Shown here one piece after another: positions 37,463 to 49,370 of a stretch of DNA of 64,000 bases. The stretch covers positions 165,046,001 through 165,110,000 of the forward strand of contig NC_086097.1 in assembly GCF_963921235.1 (NCBI RefSeq). Reading direction: 5' to 3'. This DNA comes from Mobula hypostoma (taxonomy: Eukaryota). The number at the start of each line of letters is the position of its first letter. The stretch's first letter is position 1. Below the pieces are notes generated by a model. It did no database searches and was not told where the DNA came from. It saw only the letters and a list, made by a program, of their open reading frames with translations. A program made the position numbers and the translations under genes.

Positions 37463-37720
37463 GTAGGGCTGTAGCATAGCAGTTAGTGTAACACTATTAC
37501 AGCACCAGCAAGCTGGGTTCAATTTCACCCCCGTCTGTAAGGAGCTTGTATATTCTCCCTGTGACCACGTGTGTATTCTCTGGGTGCTCTGGTTTCCTCC
37601 CACATTCCAAAGGTATTCAGGTTATTAGGTTAATTGGTCACATAGGTGTAATTGGGCAGCGCAGGCTCATTGGGCCTGAAGAGCCTGTTACCCTGCTGAA
37701 TCTCTAAATAAAACAACAAA
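37463..37720 (+). mobile_element. V-SINE-like element
   Basis: tRNA-like head GTAGCATAGCAGTTAG...GGTTCAATT, V-domain-like GGGTGCTCTGGTTTCCTCCCACATTCCAAAG, A-rich tail. Confidence 0.8.
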
Positions 37721-37851
37721 AACAATCAAGCCTTCCAGTTATTGAATCTGCATTTCCAATTTTGTCAATGGAGGGCAGTAGAAACCATTTCCTAATCATA
37801 AAAGTTGCTGGTGAACGCAGCAGGCCAGGCAGCATCTCTAGGAAGAGGTGC

Positions 37852-37887
37852 AGTCGACGTTTCAGGCCGAGACCCTTCGTCAGGACT
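37852..37887 (-). ncRNA. Minimal type I hammerhead ribozyme motif with an intact core
   Basis: Minus strand reads AGTC-CTGACGA-A-GGGT-CTCG-GCCT-GAAA-C-GTC^-GACT: stem I AGTC/GACT, stem II GGGT/GCCT, palindromic ACGT stem III, GUC triplet (predicted cut between 37856 and 37855). Confidence 0.82.
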
Positions 37888-39052
37888 AACTGAAGGAAGA
37901 GTGAGTAAGGGATTTGAAAGTTGGAGGGGGAGGGGGAGATGCAAAATGATAGGAGAAGACAGGAGGGGGAGGGATGGAGCCGGGAGCTGGACAGGTGATA
38001 GGCAAAAGGGGATACGAGAGGATCATGGGACAGGAGGTCCAGGAAGAAAGACAAGGAGGTGGGGGGGGGGAACCCAGAGGATGGGCAAGGGGTATATTCA
38101 GAGGGACAGAGGGAGAAAAAGGAGAGTGAGAGAAAGAATGTGTGTATAAAAATAAGTAACAGATGGGGTACGAGGGGGAGGTGGGGCATTAGTGGAAGTT
38201 AGAGAAGTCGATGTTCATGCCATCAGGTTGGAGGCTACCCAGACAGAATATAAGGTGTTGTTCCTCCAACCTGAGTGTGGCTTCATCCTTACAGTAGAGG
38301 AGGCCGTGGATAGACATGTCAGAATGGGAATGGGATGTGGAATTAAAATGTGTGGCCACTGGGAGATCCTGCTTTCTCTGGCGGACAGAGCGTAGATGTT
38401 CAGCAAAGCGGTCTCCCAGTCTGCGTCGGGTCTCGCCAATATATAAAAGGCCACGTCGGGAGCACCGGACGCAGTATATCACCCCAGCCGACTCACAGGT
38501 GAAGTGTTGCCTCACCTGGAAGGACTGTTTGGGGCCCTGAATGGTGGTAAGGGAGGAAGTGTAAGGGCATGTGTAGCACTTGTTCCGCTTACATGGACAA
38601 GTACACTTACACTTCGAATAAGTGCTACACATGCCCTTACACTTCCGAACAAGTGCTACACATGCCCTTACACTTCCTCCCTTACACCTTATATTCCGTC
38701 TGGGTAGCCTCCAACCTGATGGCATGAACATCGACTTCTCTAACTTCCGCTAATGCCCCACCTCCCCCTCGTACCCCATCTGTTACTTATTTTTATACAC
38801 ATATTCTTTCTCTCACTCTCCTTTTTCTCCCTCTGTCCCTCTGAATATACCCCTTGCCCATCCTCTGGGTCCCCCCCCCCACCTCCTTGTCTTTCTTCCC
38901 GGACCTCCTGTCCCATGATCCTCTCGTATCCCTTTTGCCTATCACCTGTCCAGCTCTTGCCTCCATCCCTCCCCCTCCTGTCTTCTCCTATCATTTTGGA
39001 TCTCCCCCTCCCCCTCCAACTTTCAAATCCCTTACTCACTCTTCCTTCAGTT

Positions 39053-39088
39053 AGTCCTGACGAAAGGTCTCGGCCTGAAACATTGACT
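39053..39088 (+). ncRNA. Hammerhead motif copy with a decayed cleavage site
   Basis: AGTC-CTGACGA-AAGGTCTCGGCCT-GAAA-CATT-GACT; CGTCG has become CATTG, consistent with two CpG transitions. Confidence 0.65.
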
Positions 39089-39929
39089 GCACCTCTTCCT
39101 AGAGATGCTGCCTGGCCTGCTGCGTTCACCAGCAACTTTTATGTGTGTTGCTTGAATTTCCAGCATCTGAAGAATTCCTGTTGTTTTCCTAATATAAGAC
39201 AATAAATTCATGCATTCTTCTGCTTGAAAGAAACAAAATAACTTCATTAAAAATACCTCATTCATTTTTTATTAATCCTTTAAGTTTCAATTTTGTGCAA
39301 AATTTGAATAGTTGCTTTTTGATATTCTTCTTTTTGCAGGTATTTCTTCAGGATGGAAGGCAACTAACTTCCACTCCATTTTTTAATGATCTGAGAGATT
39401 GATGAGGCTGGTGAGGGAACTTCAGACTTTTCCACAGGTGGGACAGGATGTGGCCCTGAGAATTTTATGAGGTGGTACACTCCTTGCACTGCTCACCGGG
39501 ACTCCTAGATGTTCCCAGTGCATGGTTTCAGGTTCTCATACAATCCCAAAATCTCCTTCCACACTTTAGTGATCCTGAGGAGTCATTGGGATTCCAGTTC
39601 TTTCGTTATTGACAGGAATGGAATGTTCCAGTCAGTGTATATGTCAACAACTCCTTGGGCAAAACAATGAAATACTGGGAGTTTATTAAATATGAAAGGA
39701 TATGATGCAAATATATCTTTTAGCCACTAATATCGCACTTCTCTTTTTGCTGATTTTGTCATTACACGGACAAGCTTCAGTAACTGAAATGTGTTTCTGT
39801 AAAGAGTGCAAATGAAAGAAACCAGCATCAATGTGACACTTTTCATGACTTTCGGGTCTCACAGACCTTTGTGACCTAGATACCTGAGATTAGTCAATAA
39901 CTAGAAACCCTACTGGCTTCCACATTGAC

Positions 39930-41240
39930 ACGCTTCCTCCCGCCCCACTTTCCTACTTACTCTAAGACCTCAATTCCATTCTCTAAGTTTCTCCATCTCC
40001 ACATCTCTGATGATGAGAGATCTACACCGCTGTCTTAAAGATGTCTTCCTTTTTCCTTAATCATGTTTTCCTGTCTAGTATGGCAGAACTCTCAAGCACT
40101 TTTCTACTAGCTGCCCTTCTACTTTCTGTCTCTCTTCTCCTAGACAGAAGAAGGTTAGAGTTCCCCTTGCTCTCATCTTCCACCCCACCATGTTCCACAT
40201 TCAATAGATTATCATCCATTATTTCCACCATCTTCAATGGGAGACCCACAATTAGACCCATTTCCCTCCCCTTCTATTTCAGTATTCCGTGAAGACCATC
40301 CCATTGTGACTCCATGGTCCACATCTACATCTCCATCATTTATTCCAATTCTCCTGGCACTTTTTCATGTAACCACCATGAAAATTGTTCTTCCAAGTGT
40401 AAAGCCCTGGTTAAGATTTCTACTGCTATGCTGTGAGGTATTTTATTTTAGCAGTTTTCTGTAAAAGCCATGCGTCCTGCTGGTAAGAATGTTTTGGTTT
40501 CAGCTAAAGAGAAGGAGCCACGTTGTCCAACTTAGGAATGCTGTGTCAGCCAATCAGGAGTGGGATGGCCAGGAAACATGCCTGGAGGATCCCATCCAAA
40601 GGAGAGACTCTATCACAAGGAAAGCTTTGCAAGGCGGAGGATTCCAGGAGGGAAAGTTCCACCTGTGATTGGTGATAAGAATTCAGCACCACGAGTAAAG
40701 CTACTCCCAGCTACTACAGAAACGAGCTCCAATGTGCATAATTAGACTGGGTTAACCAAAATGGGCCCTTTTATCTTTCTTTTTCTTTCTCTGTTAACTG
40801 TTTGATAAGGTTGAAAAATGGTAAATATACTTTTTTTACAACTTTATGCTGGCATACAATCTGTCATTTCTGGGCACTGATAACCATGTATGGGCAGTAT
40901 TTACACAACATTCACTCAAATCGAGGTTCCTTTAATCAGAACATCCCAATGTTCCTGCTTGGTTGAAGCCCAAATCATATTGACCCCAGATGTATATTGC
41001 TTATAAAAGGTGGCCTTCTCACTGTTGAGTCACGTGGCTATTAGCAGGGTCAGCTAACGAGCCAATTTGGTGTATGAGCCCCAGTCTGAGGGTTACACGA
41101 GTGAAATATCGATTCACTTCCATTTCTTTCAATTTAATGTACTGTGATGAATGCAGAATTTATTCTCCGCTGAAGAAGAAACCAATTGCTAATCGAATGA
41201 CTGCCCTGTGTATATCACTTCATTCCAGTTTTTGAACAGC
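39930..41240 (+). mobile_element. Old Penelope-like fragment split by a solo LTR
   Basis: Remnants resembling IPFS-FL and RVPL-L-FHP before 40397, and a continuation resembling RFT--S-NL-YC after 41098. Confidence 0.55.
40398..41097. mobile_element. Solo LTR, 700 bp
   Basis: Inverted termini TGTAA...TTACA; 4-bp flanks CAAG (40394-40397) / CGAG (41098-41101) differ by one CpG-type change; CCAAT box inside. Confidence 0.7.
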
Positions 41241-44012
41241 GGCCAATCAGCATATGGGATTGATTGTAAAGAACAAATTAAAGTAAGGCAGAGGCTAGCG
41301 GAGTGGCCATCATTGAAGTGGACTGAGTTAAAGTGGAGATTTTGAGGATTTAGCTCCTTGAGGCTTCAGCTCCTTGAGGCTTCAGTGGGGAGAGTCAGAG
41401 AAAGCAAAAAAGCTGTAGGTAGATTCTTTATCCCCCATGGTTTATTGCTTTTCCTTCTTTATATTTGCTCAGCTAGGGCAGAAGAGATAACAGGCTGGAT
41501 AGTGGAATGCTCCTCATGCAGGATGTGTGAAGGTAGGGAGACCTTTAGTGTCCCTGACGACTTCAGCTGGAAGAGGGATATCCAATTGCAGCTTCTATCA
41601 CTCCACGTTAAGGAGCTGGAGATGGAACTGGATGAACTCTGAAACATTCGGGAGGCTGGGGGGAGGCGCTGATAGATAGGACATATAAAGAGGTAGTTAC
41701 ACCCAAGGTGCAGCATACATGTAACTGGGCAACAGTCAAAAAGGGGGAAGGGGTTAAGTAGCCAAGGTAGAGTATCCCTGAGGCCATCCCCTCAACAACA
41801 GGTATAGCATTTTGGATACTGTTGGGGGAGATGACCTCCCAGAGGAAAGTCACAGCGGTCAGGTCTCTGGCACTGACACTGGCTCTGTGACTCAGAAGAG
41901 AAGGGGGTGAAGAGGCAAGTTGTGTTGACAGGGGATTATTTAGGGGAACAGAAAGAAGTTTCTGTAGATGAGACTGAGATTCCTGGATGGTATGTTGTCT
42001 CCCGGGTGCCATGGTCTAGAACATCTCGAATCGAGTCCTCAGCATTCTTAAGTGAGAGGGGGACCAGCCAGTGGTCATGGTCCATGTAGGTACCAATGAC
42101 ATGGGTATGACGAGAGACGAGGCTCTGCAAAGAGAGTTCAGGGAGTTAGGTGCTGAGTTAAAGGGCAGGACCTCCAGGGTTGTGATTTCAGGACTGATAC
42201 CCGTGCCATGTGCTAATGAGACCAGAAATAGAAAGATTATAGAGTTTAACATGTGGCTAAGGAATTGGTGTAGGAGGGAGGGCATCAAGTGATTGAATCA
42301 TTTGACTCTCTTCCAGGAAAGGTGGAACCTGTACAGAAGAGATGGTTTGTACCTGAATTAGAAGGGGACTAATATCCTAATGGGAAGGTTTGCTAGTGCT
42401 GAGTGGTGAGGTTTAAACTAGAGTTGGAGGGGGATGGGAACCAGAGTGCCAGAACAGATAGTGGAGAGGTTGTGGAGACAGTTGTTGTTAAGACCTCAGG
42501 CAAAGTCAGGAATCAAAAGGTTGAGCATGATGCAACTAATGTCCTGAGCTGCGTATATTTCAATGCAAGTATTGTAGGAAGGGCAGACGAGCTCACAGCA
42601 TGGACCAGCACCTGGAATTATGATATTGTAGCCATTAGTGAGACTTGACTTCAGGAAGGGCAGGACTGGCGGTTCAGTGTTCTGGGGTTCTGTTGTTTTA
42701 GATGCGACAGAGTGGGAGGGATTAAAGGAGGAGGGGTGGCAATACTACTCAGGGAAAATGTCACGGCATTGCTCAGTCAGGACAGATGGAAAACTGATCT
42801 AGTGAGATGTTATGGGTGGAATTGAGTAAAAAGACCTCATTAACAGGGCTATATTACAGACCACTCAACAGTCTAAGGGATTTAGAGAAACAAATTTGTA
42901 GAGAGATCACAGACTTTTGAAAGAAACATAAGGTTGTTATAGTAGGTGATTTTCACTTTCCACATATTGATTGGGACTCCCATACTGCAAAAGGGCTGGA
43001 TGGGAAAGAGTATCAAATGCATTCAGAAAAGTTTCCTTAATCAGTAAATGCAAGTCCCAATGAGAGAATGTGTGATACTCGATCTGCTCTGAGGGAATGA
43101 GATATGGCAGGTGACAAAAGTTTTTATAGGGGAATACATGACATCTAGTAAATATGCAGAAAAATAGATCTTGTCCATGGGTTGAGATTCTGAATTGGAG
43201 AAAGGCAAGTTTTGATGTTATCAGGAAGGATCTGGCAAGTGTGGTTTGGGACAGCCTATTTTCTGGCAAAGGTCTACTTGGTAAGTGGGAGGCCTTCAGA
43301 GATGAAACTTTTAAGAGTACAAAGCTTGTATGTTCCTGTCAGAATAAATGGTAAATATAACAGGTGCAGTGAACCTTGGTTTTCAAAAAATATAGAGGTT
43401 CTGGTTAAGGAAAAAGAAGGAGGTGCATAGCAGGTATAGTCAGGTAGGAACAAATGAGATACCTATGGAGTATAAGAAATGCAAGAGAAAGCTTAAGAAA
43501 TAAATCAGGAGGGCTAAAAGAAGGCATGAGGTTGTTCTGGCAGACAAGGTGAAGGATTCTACAGCTATGTTAAAAATAAAAACATGGCAAAATTGGTCTT
43601 CTGGAAAATCAGGATGGTAATCCATGTGTGGAGCCAAAAGAGATGAGGAAGATCTTAAATGAATTTTTTGCATCTGTATTTACTCAGGAGTCAGACACAG
43701 AGTCTGTAGAGGCGAGGCAAAGCAGCAGCAACTTCAGGGACCCTATATAGGTTACAGAGGAGAAGGTGTTTGCTGCCTTGAGAAAAATTAGGGTGGATAA
43801 ATCCCCACGGCTTGTCAAGGTGTTCCCTCAGACCCTGCCAAAGGCAAGTGTAGAAATTACCAGGCCTTAGTAGACAAATTTAAATCATCCTTAGCATCAG
43901 GTGAGGTATGAGAGGATTTGGGGATAGCCAATGTTGCTCTGCTGTTTAAAAAAGGCTCTAAAAATAAGTTAAGGACTTATAGACTGGTGAGTCTGATATC
44001 AGTAGTGGAAAG

Positions 44013-46940
44013 TGTAATAACTTCTACTTTGAAAAAAGGCACACTTGACAACTTCATGCCAAAGAAACAACTTTATCTCGAACTTCAAAACCTTATGTAC
44101 TTTTACAACCCGTACGGCATGGCGGGCACACTATACACAGAGCCCACCAGAAATAAAAAGAACGAAAGTAGAAACCCCCCCCCCCATTATCCTAATTAGT
44201 ATTAACTTACTTTTAGTAATGCTTACTGTGGTAAACCATGTATATATGTTGTAACTGGGTTAACTATCTGGACACGCCCCTCTGCTGACTGCCCCTGTGG
44301 CTCCTTCCACAGTGTCCTGTATAAATGTGTTTCGCCTTGCCCCTACCCTTCAGTCCAGGGGCAGACACTCACCGTGGAGGTCGTATTGTACAGCGAATAA
44401 AAGCCTTTCGGTATTTTACCAAACCTCAGTCATTTGGAGTTATTGAAGGTGCTTCACTCCCTTTACAACACTTCTCCCCCTTTAAAATCCAACATCCCCA
44501 AATGTAAAAAACTAGGAAATAAAAACTGGTGTTATTAATTTGTGTACTCTGAAAACTTATACTAGTATCTTAGCAACAGTTTATCAGTACAAAACATCTG
44601 GGAAATGTGACGGATTCAACATTCAATCTAACAACAACAAAAAAAGAACTGTCCCGTCAAAAATTCAATCTGTCAGGAGGTTTACGAGTGCACTGTGATC
44701 TGCGCACTACCCCCGGTGACCCAGCAGGCCCCGCTGGTGATGGTGTTTTGGGTGGGTCTGGTGTTGGGGGCATGAGCGGGGTCTGTGTGTCTGCGTGAGA
44801 ATGTCCATCATCCTCAGGGGACCCCGACCCCTCTGCCAGCGTCTCGCCCTCTAGCAAAGTCACTGGTGAACATGCTTCTGCAGTAGATCTGTCTCACAAA
44901 TGGAAACTCCATGGAACTGTCTGCCTCTGAGCCGGTATCATGGCGCAGGTGCACATGGTCCTGATGTCTGCGGAAAACATGCCCATCGGTCAGCTGAACA
45001 ACATAGGAGACGGGACCACTCCGCTTAAGAATAACCCCAGGCAGCCATTGCTGATTGTTTCTCACATAGACATTGTCATCTGGTTTTAACTGCCTCTCTC
45101 GCACATGTTGATCATGTCCCTCCTTCTGCTTTTCCTGCTTTCTCTCCACTTTCGCCTTCATATCTGGGCGCAGCAGGTCCAATCTTGACTTGGGCCCACG
45201 CCCCATCAGCATCTCTGCTGGAGTGCAGGCAGTTGTAGTCTGCGGCGTGAGGCGGTATTTAAACAGGAAACGTGAAAGCCACGTGCTACGAGAGTCCCTT
45301 GTCATCCACTTCAGGCTTTCCTTCACTGTCTGAACAGCCCGTTCAGCCAAACCATTTGAGGCTGGGTGGAAAGGGGCCATCCGAATGTGATGAATGCCAT
45401 TCTGCTACATGAACTCACTGAATAGTTCACTAGTGAACGTCAGGCCATTATCAGTGACCAGAGTGTCAGGCAACCTGTGGAATGCAAACACTTGCCTGAG
45501 TTTGTCTATGATTGAGGGGGCTGTGATGTTGCTCATGATGTGAGCTTCAATCCATTTAGAATGCACTTCTACCATTACAAGAAACATCTGCCCCATAAAA
45601 GGGCCAGCAAAGTCCAAATGTAGCCTAGACCATGAGTGGTCTGGCCACTCCCATGGGTGCAAAGGAGCTGATGGTGGCATATTCTGATTAGTCCGACATT
45701 GTGTGCATGATTTTACCTTGTTCTCCAGATCTTGATCCATTCCTGGCCACCAAACATAGGATCTTGCAAGGCTTTTCATTCGAGACACTCCTGGGTGAAT
45801 CTTATAAATTTCCTCCACAATCTGTGAACACCCTCGCCCCCCAGAAAATACAACCATCCTGCAGATTGAGTTCTGTCTTACGTTTGGCATAAGGCCTCAG
45901 TTCCTCTCCTTCCACGACTCTCCAACCTTGTAAAAGAAAAGTCTTGACTTGGGACAGGACTGGGTCCCTCTCTGACCACTGCTTGATCTGGGTCACCTTT
46001 ACAGGTGTCTCTGACAGCCTCTCCAATGAAAACACAGTCTCTGGATTTGCCTGTTTACCAGTCTCCCTCCTGACTTGGTGCACTGCCGCCGACTGCGACT
46101 CCCCCATGTCTTTTCTGGATATCCTTGACATTATTAGCAGCCAGCTCCATACCTTGGGCAATCTCATAACCTTTCTTGAAAGTCAGTGGTGGGGTTTCCC
46201 CTAACAGGCAGCATTGTATGTTGTCATTATTAATGCCGCATACCAATCTACCACGGAGCACGTCTTCCAGCACTGCTCCGAAATCACAATGCTCCAACAG
46301 CTGCCGAAGCTCGGCCACAAAATCGGCCACAGACTGACCTGGCTTCCTGAAACGGCTGTGAAACTTACACTGTTGGACTATCACAGAAGGTTTTGGATTG
46401 TAGTGGTTCCCAACGAGCTTGACCAGTTCGTCATATGGAATGTCCCCCCCGGTTTCCGCGGTGCGGCTAAATTCCTTATTAGCTTGTAAGTTTTTGCCCC
46501 ACACACACTCTGAAGAATAGAGCACTTCTTAGCCTCCTCAGTAATTCCATTAGCACAGAAAAAGTATCCCAACCTTTCTTCATACTCCAGCCAGTCCTCG
46601 TTCCCTTCCAGAAATTCACCGATAGTTCCAAAATTAACCATCTGAAATGCAAAGCTCCCATTCGAAAAACGTGCCAATACGTTCACAAAACCAGTTCACC
46701 TTGTCACCAAAAATATGTAGTAACTTCTACTTTGAAAAAGGACAACTTTTTCATGCCAAAGAAACAATTTTATCTCGAACTTCAAAACCGATATGTTTAT
46801 ACAGAGGCTTTTACAACCCATACAGCATGGCGGGCACACTATACACAGAGCCCAATGGAAGTAAAAAAGGAACAGAAGTAGAAACCCCCAATTATCCTAA
46901 TTAGTATTAACTTACTTTTAGTAATGCTCACATTACAACA
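44013..46940 (-). mobile_element. Gypsy/Ty3 LTR retrotransposon, internally deleted (gag and integrase only)
   Basis: LTRs 46716-46940 and 44013-44470 (TG..CA); 5-bp TSD GAAAG (44008-44012 / 46941-46945); PBS-like TGGTGACAAGGTG at ~46697-46709; PPT GGGGGAGAAG at 44471-44480; gag (DWLEYEERL, QSVADFVAELR) and integrase (HPG-SRMKSLARSYVWWPG, RLHLDFAGP, VTDNG, HPASNGLAERAVQT, GPVSY). Confidence 0.95.
44227..44456 (+). mobile_element. Solo LTR, ~230-bp family (copy 3), inserted inside the Gypsy 3' LTR
   Basis: TGTGGTAAACC...GAAGGTGCTTCA; flanks CTTAC / CTCCC each differ by one base from CTCAC at the same position in the uninterrupted LTR. Confidence 0.88.
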
Positions 46941-48957
46941 GAAAGGTTATTGGAAGATATGCTAAGGGACTGGATATATGAATATTTGGATAGACATGGA
47001 CAGATTAAGGATAGTCAGCCTGGCTTCGTGTGTGGTAGGTTGTGTCTAACCAATCTTATAGAGTTTTTCAAGAAAGTTACCAGCAACATGGATGTTGTCT
47101 ACATGGACTTTACCAAGACATTTGACAAGGTCCCACCTGGGAGGTTGGTCAAGAAGGTTCAGTCGCTCAGCATTCAAGATGAGGTAGTAAATTGGATTAG
47201 ACATTAGCTTTGTGGGAGAAGCCAGACAGTGGTAGTGGAGGGTTGCTTCTCTGACTGGAGGCCTGTGACTAGTGGAGTGCCATAGGGATTGGTGCTGAGT
47301 TTGTTGTTGTTTGTAATCTGTATCAACGATCTGGATGATAATGTAGTTAACTGGATCAACAAATTTGCGGATGACAGTGGAGGGTGAGGAGGACTTTCAA
47401 AATTTGCACTGAGATCTGAACCAGCTGGAAAAATGGGCTGAAAATGGCAGATGGAATTTAATGCAGACAAGTACAAGCTGTTGCACTTTGGGAAGACCAG
47501 CCAGGGAGGTTTTACACAATGAATGGCAGGGCACTGAGGAGTGGGGTGGAACAGAGGGATCTGGGAATACAGGTCCATAATTCATTCAAAGTGGTGTCAC
47601 AAGTCAATAGGGTTGTAAAAAAAGCTTTTGGCACATTGGCCTTCATAAGTCAAAGTATTGAGTACAGGAGATAGGATGGTATGTTGAAGTTGTATGAGAT
47701 ATAGGTGAGGCCTAATTTGGAGCATTTGGTGTAGTTTTGGTCATTTACCTACAGGAAAGATGTAAATAAGTTTGAAAGAATACAGAGAAAATTCACAAGG
47801 ATGTTGTCAGGTTTGAAGAACCTGAATTATAAAGAAAGGTCGAATAGGTTAGGACTTCGTTCCTTGGAACATAGAAGATTGAGAGAAGATTTGATAGAGG
47901 TATACAAAATTATGAGGGGTGTAGATGGGGTAAATGCAAGCAGGCTTTTTCCAGTGAGGTTAGGAGGGCCGACAACTAGAGGTGGTGGTTAAGAGTGAAA
48001 GGTGAAAAGCTTAAGGGGAACATGAGGGGAAGCATCTTCACTCAGCGGACCATGAGAGTGTGGAATGAGCCGTCAGCATAAGTGGTGCATGATAAGCTAA
48101 TTGTTGGCTTGATAACTTTGCTCTGCACTCTATCACAGACATTTCTTTATTCTCTTCAACACTGGATTTCCCCTGCTTCTCTCTACAACACTGGATTTCT
48201 CATGTTTCCAGTTCTGATGAAAAGTCCTCGACTTGAAATGCCTGCTCTGTTTCTTTTCACTTTAATGCCACTCGACCTGCTAAGTTCTTCCAAATTTTCA
48301 ATTTTGTTCTGTAATTTAGACTTTACTGTTTTGAAAGAAAAACAAGCAGCCAATAACCATAATCATTTGTAGGACAAATGATTGCTTAATTTGTTTACTT
48401 TCACAGATACTCATTTTGAACATTGACCAGGTTGCAAGATGTATTTTCTATCCTTCTTTAAAAAGCATTTTTACACACATCCTGAATGTCAAATTTATGC
48501 AAACTAATTTCCTTGTCAATGTTGCACTCATCTCGCAGAAATACATGTAATTCTACTTTAGTTCATATCCTCAAATCCTGAGAAACATCTTCAAACTACA
48601 GTACTCTTGTTGCTCAGAGGACAGAACAACCAGACTTGACAGTAGTGAAATAGTCTGGTTCCTATAGTAATATTTGTCAAATAGTTTTTGAATACTTTTA
48701 AATCTGTGTTGACATTGAGGAATTGTTTACAAATGCCAAAGTCTGGGTATTTAGCTGAATTAATGAATTGATTTTTTATTGTCATATGCGCAGGGGTACA
48801 GTGAAAAACATTGTCCTGCTTGCCATCCACACAGACCATTTCAACACATCAGTGTACAAGGGAAAACAATAACAGGATGCAAATTAAGGTGTTACATTTA
48901 CAGAGAAAGTAGAGTGCTGGCAGACAATAATACCATAACAAGATAGATTTATTCTAG

Positions 48958-49370
48958 TCACAAGAGATTCTGCAGATGCTGGAAATCCAGAGCAGCACAC
49001 ACAGAGGATGCTAGCGGAGCTCAGCAGTTCAGTCAGCATCTATGGAAAGGAGTGGACAGTTGACATTTGGGGCTGAGGGCCTTCATCAGGACTGGAAATT
49101 AAAGGGGAAGAAGCCAGAATAAGAAGGTGGGATGAGGGGAAGGAGCACAAACTGGAAGGTTGTAGGTGAAGCCAGGTGGATGGGGGGGGGGAGGAGGAAT
49201 GAAGTGCGAAGCTGGGGAGGGATAAGTGGAAAAGATAAAGGGCTTAAGAAGAAGGAATCTGATAGGAGGGGAGAGTGGGATCATGGGAGAACGGGAAGGG
49301 TGAGGGCACTGGGGACGTGATAGGAAGGTGAAGAGAAGAGAAAAGAGGGGTGTCGAGGGAGGGGGATTAT
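48958..49370 (-). mobile_element. Penelope-derived terminal fragment with a degenerate hammerhead motif
   Basis: GAGATTCTGCAGATGCTGGAAATCC start, CCTTCATCAGGACT at ~49080-49093 and a purine-rich segment, as in the family B arms. Confidence 0.7.

Larger units (their letters stand above)
37797..39184. mobile_element. Young Penelope-like element (GIY-YIG, family B) with an inverted arm
   Basis: Minus arm 37797-~38595 encodes GIY-YIG (GVIYCVRCSRRGLLYIGETRRRLGDRFAEH...LEEQHLIF-LGSLQPDGMN); plus arm ~38616-39184 is an internally deleted inverted copy; 9-bp TSD TTTCCTAAT (37788-37796 / 39185-39193). Confidence 0.93.
41250..48095 (+). mobile_element. Near full-length decayed CR1-type LINE (ORF1 Cys motif, leucine zipper and SGNH esterase; ORF2 APE-RT), split by a Gypsy element at 44013-46940
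   Basis: ORFs 41358..41642 (VECSSCRM...VKELEMELDEL), 42071..42292 (VHVGTND), 42403..42648 (YDIVAISET), 46950..47207 (YMDFTKTFDKVP) and 47801..47992; RT sequence is continuous across the Gypsy TSD. Confidence 0.9.

Noticed and set aside
38600..38680. 31-bp direct repeats as a CRISPR-like array
   Set aside because: The units are adjacent with no spacers, derive from Penelope sequence, and the context is vertebrate
38189..38731. 180-aa ORF with a Cys-rich N-terminus fused to GIY-YIG, as a novel nuclease gene
   Set aside because: The N-terminal part is read through the inversion junction and the 31-bp duplication; only the C-terminal ~130 aa are real Penelope endonuclease sequence
37797..39184. 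Long inverted repeat as an assembly artefact
   Set aside because: The arms differ by scattered substitutions and a deletion, one TSD flanks both, and two other Penelope copies show the same architecture
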